A DNA stretch of 63,608 nucleotides, the filler included, from Octopus bimaculoides (Eukaryota), in assembly GCF_001194135.2 (NCBI RefSeq). It is 3 parts of 3 records of this genome, joined end to end, with 100 filler letters (N's around TTAATTAATTAA, not from the genome) between each part and the next. Parts side by side here need not be neighbours in the genome. Positions count along the whole stretch, not along the records: positions 54,459 to 63,608 come from NC_069007.1; 2 more parts are not named here. The stretch is one strand, 5' to 3'. The position numbers and the translations under genes are program-made. Below, piece by piece: positions 54,916 through 63,608 of this stretch. The notes under the pieces were generated by a model, which saw nothing but the letters and a program-made list of their open reading frames with translations, was not told the origin of the DNA and did not search any database. Within the stretch, counting starts at the first letter, position 1. Every line of letters starts with the position of its first letter.

Positions 54916-55160
54916 ACATGGTGCAAAAGCAGGCATACGGTTGTGAAAAAAAGAAAATACGTACAATACTCATTTGTTTTTATTAAAATGATTAAAAGTT
55001 ACAATGAAAGTATTATTGTTATGATGAATGTATTATTATGATTAATGACACAGAAAATATCAAAAATGAGGCCAACTAATTTAATGTGCTAAGAATTTTA
55101 ATGAATTGTATTGTAACATTGATATGTTACTTACTGTATATCTACTTTTGCACCCCACTG
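54914..55160. mobile_element. Possible Tc1-like MITE
   Basis: GGTGCAAAAGCAGG (54920) inverted to CTACTTTTGCACCCCACTG (55142-55160). Confidence 0.4.
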
Positions 55161-55395
55161 CATATAATACTTATAAGATATATTTTTTGGCTGTTTGTGT
55201 GTGTGTTTCGTTTTTGTGTCGTTCACTATATAGACAATGCAACAAAGAGTTTAAAAAAAAGACTTTCACTTAGAACAATTTATGAAGATACATGCATGAT
55301 TAACAAATATTTTTACCAGCAGTGAATATTTTTACAGGTAATAATTTACTCATATATTAAATGCTGATAGGGACACCATATTTCATTATGCAACT

Positions 55396-55480
<85 letters not shown>

Positions 55481-56987
55481 GCATACACACACACAAGCAC
55501 TCACACACATACACAAATGAGTTAGGAGAAATAGTTCAAGTGACCTATGGCATGAATTTAGATAAGAAAAATTCTTGATTTATTGAGTGTCTTCATCTCA
55601 GGAGAAGGTACCCTGTTTTCCAGCACACAAGTTAGCTTGGTATATTGTATAAACATTCATACATTTCCACCATCTTTCCAAATCCTACTACATTTCACAT
55701 GGAAGTTTTGGTCCTCCAAAGGGATTTTGGTGTATAAGTTGATCTTTCTTAATATTGAAAATGAATGTCCAGTGGCAACAGTGACTGTCTTTGAATGAGA
55801 AGGGAAGATAAACTCTAGAATCAAGAAACATTCAAAACTGACATGTCTTTCAGGAGTCTAGAGGATATGTGTTTCTGCTTCAGTAGATGGTGTGTATGTG
55901 TATGTATGTATATATGTGTATGCATGTGGATATATGGAACATAATGAAGAAATCAGTCTTCATAGCAATATCTATATTTCTCAGACAGATTAAACTTCCT
56001 CTTCTATTTGAAATAGCATCTATTTTTGTTGTGGAAGGATTTCAACCACCTCCCAAGTGACTAAAAGGTGGACTGACTCATTGTTATAATACAAAGAACT
56101 GTGAGTGATTGGCAGTTCGTGTAGGTAGCAGTTCACTGCAAGCCTTTCATTTAGAGCATCGAGTTTCATGTAATATTAACAGTAGTGCATCGTGTAAATA
56201 CTTTCTTCGTTTATTATATATCCAATACAAGGATATAAAAAATTTGATAATAGATTTTTCTTATAAAAACCACCATATGATAAGCACATTATCTTAATTC
56301 GGAGAATATTGCAAAGAGATGGAATTCAAAACCCATCAATCCTAAATTATAGATTTGCTCACACTGACATTACTTCTGTTTAAGATATGTGTTTACTTCA
56401 CGAGATATCGGCCTAAAAAATAAAATCATAACTTCATCTTCCTTTCCTTCATAACTATATTTACATTAAGCTGTATAGAAAGTTAATTATCTGTACATAT
56501 TTTTATAGACGTGTGCACATTTATCTCGAAACAGAAACTTAAATATGTTACAATGAAGTGTTTATACATTGGTTTTAATATGAAAACAAATCCATTAGAA
56601 AAATAAACAATCATTCTCTCATGATTTGATGAGAATTTTAACCCACTTAAGAAACCAGGTTGCTCCAGAAGAATACAAACTCTCAATATTGTTGTCTTTT
56701 AATTCTATTAGATTTGTAGGAGCAGCATGGTCAAGTGGTTGAGATCTTTACCTTGCAGGCATGGGGTCAGAGTTTGATCCTATCACAGAGCATCATGGGC
56801 AATTGTCTTATTTCTATAGCCTCAGGTCAATCTATATCTTGTGAGTGGAACTGGGTTGATGGAAACTGTATAGAATCCCTTGAGGGAGATTGTATCTATA
56901 ACTCAGTACAGCCTTGTCATACTGTGTCATGATGAGTTTACACACACACACACACACACACATATATAGATATAGATATACACACAT

Positions 56988-57460
56988 TCACATCATTTAA
57001 CGTCCGTTTTCCATGCTGGCATGGTTTGGACGGGTTGACTGAAAACTGATTAGCTGAGGAGCTGCATCAGGTTCTAAGCTGATTTGACATGGTTTCTACA
57101 GCTGGATGCCCTTCCTAATACCAACCACTCTGAGAGTGTAGTGGAGGCTTTCTATGTGCCACCGGCATGGATGCCAATTATGAAACACCAGCATCGGCCA
57201 TGACTATGATCTCACTTGACTCAACATGTCTTCTCAAGCATAGTGTATTGCCAAAGGACTCTGTCACTTGTCACTGCCTCCAAAGTTCAAAGGGTGCTTC
57301 TTACGTGCCACCCACATGGGTGCCAGGTACGCAACACTGGCATCAGCTATGACTATGATTTCACTTGGCTTGATGGGGCTTCTCAAGTACAGCATATCAC
57401 CTAATGTTTAAAGGGTGCTTTTTATGTGCCACACGACACTGACATCAGCCGCAACTGCAG
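56988..57460 (-). mobile_element. SINE-like family C copy with internal tandem expansion
   Basis: Family C motifs; anchor GGTGCTTT(T)AYGTGCCAC repeated near 57145, 57295 and 57415. Confidence 0.75.
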
Positions 57461-57511
57461 CTTCATGTATATTTATTTGAATTTTGTTGTAAAATTCCTC
57501 ATTTGAAATCA

Positions 57512-57985
57512 GGAGTGGCTGTGTGGTAAGTAGTTTGTTTACCAACCACATGCTTCTGGGTTCAGTCCCACTGCATGGCACCTTGGGCAAGAGTCTTCTA
57601 CTATAGCCTCAGACTGACCAAAACCTTGTGAGTGGATTTGGTAGACAGAAACTGAAAGAAGCCCATTGTATATATATATATATATNNNNNNNNNNNNNNN
57701 NNNNNNNNNNNNNNNNNNNNNNNNNNNNNNNNNNNNNNNNTATATATAAATATGTGTGTGTGTATATGTTTGTGTGTCTCTGTTTGTCCTCTTCCCCCCA
57801 TATCACTTGACAACTGATGCTGGTGCATTTACATCCCCATAACTTAGTGGTTCAACAAAAGAGACTGATAGACTAAGTACTAGGCCTACAAAAAATAAGT
57901 CCTAGGGTCGATTTGCTCGACTAAAGGGTAGTGCTCCAGCATGGCCACAGTCAGATGACTGCAACAAGTAAAAGAATGAAAGAAT
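57512..57985 (+). mobile_element. Full-length SINE family A with internal (TA)n/(TG)n and gap
   Basis: A/B-box head, body and 3' tail GTGCTCCAGCATGGCCACAGTCAGATGACTGCAACAAGTAAAAG; CpGs decayed. Confidence 0.85.
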
Positions 57986-59297
57986 ATCTTCAAAATGTTA
58001 CTGATTTCAGATACCATGGAAGGTAGAACATAATTTAATCTTTAGTAGTTTCACATTTAAATTTATTCATAAAATCTCCAGGTGTTATTGTTTTATAAAT
58101 TGAGCTGTTGATATATTAAACTCATTCAAAGACCAACCTTTGGTAGAATTGACCTTTTCTGTACATGAAAAATTTTGGACGGTAAATTTAATGCTTAGAT
58201 GTTCAGTGGAATGTTTACCATTTGTATGGTACTTTTCTGTCCCTTTCTCATAAAGAGCCTAATTTCAGTACCTGAGCAAAGTGAGGTACCTCAGCTAGCT
58301 CTTTACAAAGTTAGTTTTATGGTGAGCTATCCAACATATTTGTTAGTCGATATATACTGTTTGTATATTTCGTGTGAGATGTACATGTGTGTATAATTGG
58401 TTTCCACATACCGACTTTTATTGACAAAGCATTGATCAACTTGCGGTTATAAGCACTGATAATTATCGTAACTTCTTATACCACATATGTACTTGTGTGC
58501 ATGCGTGTGTGTGTGTGTTTTTGTGTGTACATATGTGTCTGTAGGAGTTAGAAAGAGAAAAATAAATTATTGACAATCTACAAAGAATAAAAACAAAATG
58601 TAAAAAAGACATGAAACACTCCCTTGAAGATAAAATATCACAAATAAAACAAAAAGCAACAAATAATAAAACATACATATAATTGCTTTGGTGCATAAAT
58701 GTCTCAAGTGGGAATTGAACACACAGACTGCCTCATTGTAACCTCATCAGAGAACATTGTCAATATGCTATCAGCCATCCACTGATTTCTATATTTTTCC
58801 TCAGTAGTTTACAAAAGATTCACAGATGTTGTTTTTCACTTGTAGGCGTCTTACTTATTGCAGCCTTTTGTATGGTATTGTATGACATTAATTGTATTGC
58901 TGTGTATGTTGCACAGTGTTGTATATGCTAGACTGTATGCTCAAAAATTTTGCTTCACAACTGTGTGTTTTCAAGTTTGATTCAACACTGTGCTACATTC
59001 TGTAAATATTTTCTTAGTAATAAATTTAGAGGAAGGGAAAACCTAGGTTATTCCACTTGTGAGTCCAATTCCCTTATGAATTATAAATACACTTTGGCTA
59101 GAGACACTGAGGTTTTGAGACCCTGCCAATTTTATAAGAAAACCCCAATATTGTGTTCCTGTCATATCTTTGTGTTAAACAATGCCTCAAGAGCAAAATT
59201 TGGTAACTAGAAGCTGTACAGAAGTTGTATATATATATATATATGTATGTATTGTCACCATATGTCTCCAGTTGCCATCACATAGACAGTGGTAATA

Positions 59298-60579
59298 CAG
59301 GGTGGTATCAAATAGCTCCTGGACTAGTTCTGTAGCATGCCAACAGGTGGCAGCACATTGTTGCATATGATGTGAGAGCTAGCAGTGACCTTCATGAGGC
59401 AGTGTGTTGAGTGATATCACTGTGTTTACTTTGAAAGTTGTGAAATTTGTGTTTTTGTGATCATTTGTATGCTGTAGTCTGTGATTTTGTCATGGACAGG
59501 AAGTTGGAACAAAGAGCCAACGTGAAATTTTGTGTTAAACTAGGGAAGTCTGCTACAGAGACATTGAGCATGCTTCAGTAAGGTTATGGTGATGAGGCAA
59601 TAAGTTGTACACAATATTTTGAGTGGCATGGGCCCTTCAAAAGCAGAAAAATGTTCCTGGAAGATGATGAGCAACCTGGAAGAATGTGGAGTAAATTCAT
59701 CAGCATGTGCATGAGGATTGTCAGAGGACAATCAACGACATTGCTGATGTTGTTGGTCTGTTGAATGGGACCATGCAGGCAATCCTAAAGTCTTAACTGA
59801 AAATGCAGTGTGTCTCTGCCAAGTTTGTCTCCTGCCTGTTGACCACTGAGCAGAAAGGACATCATGTCAAAGTCTGTCAAGATCTCCATCAGAATGTTGC
59901 TGATGACCCATTCTTCATGTAGAAGATCATCACTGGTGATAAGAGTTGGGTCTACAGGTATGACCCTGAGATGAATCAGGAGTCATCACAATGGAAGGGC
60001 CCTTCATGTCCACAACCAAAAAGGGCATGACAAAGCTGCAGCTCATTCAGGAGCATGCTCATCGAATTTTTTGACATCAGCAGTAGTGTGCATCAAAAAT
60101 TCATCCCCCAGAGCCAGTCCGTCAATTGAGAATTCTACTGCAACATTTTGAAGTGTTTGAGGAAGGACATTTGGTGAATGCGATTAGATCTGTGGAGCAC
60201 AAAGAATTGGATTCTTCATGACAACAATGCACCCTGTCACTGTACTCTCCTCATTAGCCAAAAACAACATACTATCACTTCTATACTCACCCAATTCACC
60301 AGATTTAGCACCCACAGACTTCTGTCTTTTCCCTAAGATGAAAATGCAGCTCAAAGGTCACTGTTTCAACACCACTGTTAAGTTCAAGAGTGAATCGCAG
60401 AAGATCCTCGACTTGTTTACAGAAAATAAAATCCAGGCCAGATTCCAAAAGTGGTAGGAATGATGGAATCAGTGTATTGCTGTGCAAGGTGGCTATTTCA
60501 AAGCTGATGTTAAAACTTAGGTAAATAAGTTATTTTTTACTAAACGTAACTAGTCTGGGAACTTTTTGGTACCACCTTG
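59298..60579 (+). mobile_element. Full-length decayed mariner element (~1.28 kb)
   Basis: TIRs CAGGGTGGTATCAAATAGCTCCTGGACTAGTT / AACTAGTCTGGGAACTTTTTGGTACCACCTTG; ATG at 59492 (MDRKLEQRANVKFCVKLGKSATET), IITGDKSWVYRYDPE, LHDNN, SPDLAPTDFCLF; stops and frameshifts. Confidence 0.92.
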
Positions 60580-61303
60580 TCTTTGTTTATGTCCAACAAA
60601 TTTCTAGTTTTGAGATGTGAAGACCAGAGAAATATAGTATGTTTCTTGGAGGAGAAGAAAGCTCAAAAAATTGTTCAGTTTCAGGAAGGGCATCAAGCTG
60701 CAGAATTCTGACTCAAAAAGTCTCGTCCAATCAATGACAGCCTGAAAAATAATAAACAAATGTAAAAAAGATGATGAGGATTATGTCCAGTAGTCTCTAT
60801 TATTTTACAGTATTCTTCATTGGTGAATGCAGAACTGCATTGTCTCTATCTCATGTGTTCTTTTCTACAAAGACAGTTACGTTAATTTGAAGGTGATTTG
60901 GCTGCTACTTTTAGCAGGCTGACTGAAGAAGTCAGAGCTACTGGTGAATATTGTATCAACAAATTTTTTATTATGAGATGTATTGAACAAGCTTTATTAC
61001 AATATTACAATATTACAAGCTACAAACAATTGTTTCAATACATCATTATTAGCTGTTAATTGCTGAATGTTACAAATTATACACAATATTGTATTAATGT
61101 GATTCAACAATAGCTGCATACATGCTCATCTTCAGATGATCAGTGTCAAAGTATTGTGCTTAATTTATGTAACATTCATAATTTATGTAAAATTTAGCAA
61201 TTAACAGTTGATAATGATGCATTAAAATAATTGTAGTGATTTGTAATAAAGCCTGTTCGATCCATCTTCTCGTATTAAAATTTTGTTTGTTTATACTCTA
61301 CAG

Positions 61304-61432
61304 ATATAACTGTGGATTTTCACTTGTATATCCGGTAACAGGAGAAGCTCTACTGTATGATAACATTTGGGAGCTGATACCCAGAGAGGAGCTTTGGAAA
61401 ACACACTCTAAGTTTATCACCCAGATTACATC

Positions 61433-61433
<1 letters not shown>
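61304..61433 (+). CDS. Candidate exon, product unknown (YNCGFSLVYPVTGEALLYDNIWELIPREELWKTHSKFITQITS)
   Basis: Good acceptor TTTTGTTTGTTTATACTCTACAG; 43-codon complex open frame; donor ambiguous (CCG|GTAACA after 61334, or weaker sites downstream). Confidence 0.25.
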
Positions 61434-61467
<34 letters not shown>

Positions 61468-61468
<1 letters not shown>

Positions 61469-62120
61469 TATAAATTCAAGTGAGAGAAAACAAATTTCAA
61501 AGGGCAGTGTTCATCTTCACTCAATATATTTCAAAGCATTGGAATACTTCACAGCATACACAGGTGTACTCATGTATACATGATATAATGTAAAAATATA
61601 TAAATGTACTTGCAAGGTTATATGTCCGTATTAAAATCAATGAAGATATTAACATATGCATGTGTTGAATGTAGAGCGGTAATCCAAATAGATGAAATGG
61701 TGGTATAAAATGATTTTAAGAAGTATCTTCAGCAGGTATTAAGTCTGACAGCCGTTTCGAGAAAACATAGGTTGGTATGGGCGAGTTAATTCCAGCCGTA
61801 ACAATCATCTACATTTCTCACATCAGAGTTAATCTAAGAGGATTTATAAAAGAGTTATTCCAATCTTAAAGTTTTAAGCAGCATGAGAAATTTCAGAATT
61901 TTTAAAAATTGAATGCTGTGTTAGAACATCCTTTTCAGGCGGATGATTTTAATATGGACATACAACCTCACAAGTACATTTATGTATTTATAAATTTTTA
62001 TATATCTTGTGTATATGAATGCACCGATGTATGCTGTGAAGTATTCCAATGCTTTGAAATATATTGAGTGAATATGAACACTGACCTTTGAAATTTGTTC
62101 TCTCTTTCTTGGTTTTATAT
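61468..62120. mobile_element. Foldback element with ~165-bp TIRs
   Basis: 61477-61639 is the reverse complement of 61944-62111, including a perfect 45-bp core TTCACTCAATATATTTCAAAGCATTGGAATACTTCACAGCATACA. Confidence 0.75.
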
Positions 62121-63338
62121 TCCTGATGCTCTGTTAGAGTTCTAATTAGTTGTGCTGTATAAGGGGATAATTAGCCCATTTATTTCTTCATTATATATTT
62201 ACTAGCAGCTAAGCTCAGTTTCACCCAGTCTGTCTGGATGATGTGGCTGTGATCGTCTTCAGTTAGGCATAATCTATAACAGCGTTTCTCAACCTTATCA
62301 TTTCGGGTACCGTTTCAATTGGACCCTCCAGTTGTTTGAAAATTTCCTTACTCCCCCCAAGTTGTCAGAAAACAGCTTCAGGAGTTGTGAAGAATGAATT
62401 TGTGCGTAGTCTGTTTCTGAGAGCTATTCTATTGGACCTCTGTCTAATCATTAAAACATTGATTTAATTATGAACATAGAAAGAAATCATATATTAATCC
62501 CTATTTTTGTAAGCAGTTGTATCCATAAAAAATTTTATTTGCATAGAGCAGAAATTGAAAGATGTATGAAATGGACGTGTGTGTGTGTGTGTGTGCATGC
62601 GTGTGTGCTTGTGAGTGTGTATGTGAGAGAGAAAGAGGGTGAGAAAGAGAGATAGAGTGAGTGAGTGAAGGTGTGTGTCATGATGATTGCCGTTTTTTAA
62701 GGTACACACACATACATAGAAAATGTGAGGTCATTGTATAAAATTTTTACGATAGTTGATTTATGAAAAAGATTATGTTAAATTTTTGAAATGCAAANNN
62801 NNNNNNNCGATAGTTGATTTATGAAAAAGATTATGTTAAATTTTTGAAATGCAAATACGTGAATGAAAATTAAGTTCAGACCTCTACATGGTTGCTAGAC
62901 CTGGTAGAAAAAGCAGCCAAATCTCCCTCAAAACACCCCACTGTCTTAATCTGATAATTCTGCCTATTATGTAGTTTGAATGAGAAACTGTAACTAAAGA
63001 TTAAGATTATTAACCCCACAAAGAGGTGAAAGAAGAGAGACAGCATAGCAAAAGTTTTGGCTGACTGTCATCCTGTACTCCCCTTGTTGCTAGCGAAATG
63101 GTATATGCCGGCTGTGTGAGCAACTGGTTGTTTTAATGGTAGAACAAACGGGAATTCCATTAGTAAAAGTTTTCATTGATTTTCTCGGTAACTATGGGGT
63201 CTAGGAAAAAAATAGAAACTGCTGCACAATGTATGCACCCGTCTCCACCTGTGTGCCATTTTTCACACGAATTCACCCAGCCATTTGGCTGTGAACCTCA
63301 AGACAAAAAAAATACAATGATTGCCCATGTCCAATTTA

Positions 63339-63608
63339 TCTATATATATAAAAATGAGAATGTGTGTCTGTCTGTCTGTCTGTCTGTGTGAATCCCTAAA
63401 ACTCGAGAACTACGCAACCAATTTCATTCAAATTTTACACATGCCTTACTTAGGGTTCCAGTTGTGTTTTAGTCAAAAAAAAATTACTAACTTCTTGCAG
63501 AGTTCGAGCACACGGCAACATAATATCTCCTCCACTATTTAAGTATTACGTGTCAAAAGTGAAACAAAAACACTCATGTCAAATACTTTCACTTTAAAAA
63601 TGAAACTA
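63339..63608 (+). mobile_element. 5' end of a non-autonomous Helitron, runs off the window
   Basis: A|TCTATATATATAAAAATGAGAATG start followed by a (GTCT)n tract, as in invertebrate Helitron-N elements. Confidence 0.5.

Noticed and set aside
57512-57575. tRNA gene
   Set aside because: A/B boxes belong to SINE heads; no cloverleaf, and sequence continues into the SINE body.
62750-62855. 48-bp direct repeat around a 10-N gap
   Set aside because: Same overlap artefact.

Overview
63.6 kb of AT-rich, gapped, microsatellite-saturated animal genomic DNA. The repeat families and assembly style suggest a coleoid cephalopod, probably Octopus (inference, not verified). No intact protein-coding gene, RNA gene or CRISPR array can be supported. 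Nearly all ORFs in the track are translated microsatellites or N-gaps. The recognisable content is a transposon graveyard: a ~2.7 kb decayed RTE LINE, four R4/Dong-type (RLE) LINE fragments, two Tx1-type LINE copies, a LINE 3' end whose tail is shared with a SINE, three Tc1/mariner elements, a hAT MITE nested in a SINE, piggyBac-like MITEs, non-autonomous Helitrons, foldback palindromes and at least four SINE families (labelled A-D here; labels are mine). A few small splice-site-flanked open frames may be exons of a long-intron host gene, but none is identifiable. The most informative patterns are a ~30 kb CpG-retaining block roughly bounded by two synthetic 100-bp assembly pads, a LINE-SINE shared 3' tail, and long near-perfect hairpins. 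I found no convincing novel biological system.
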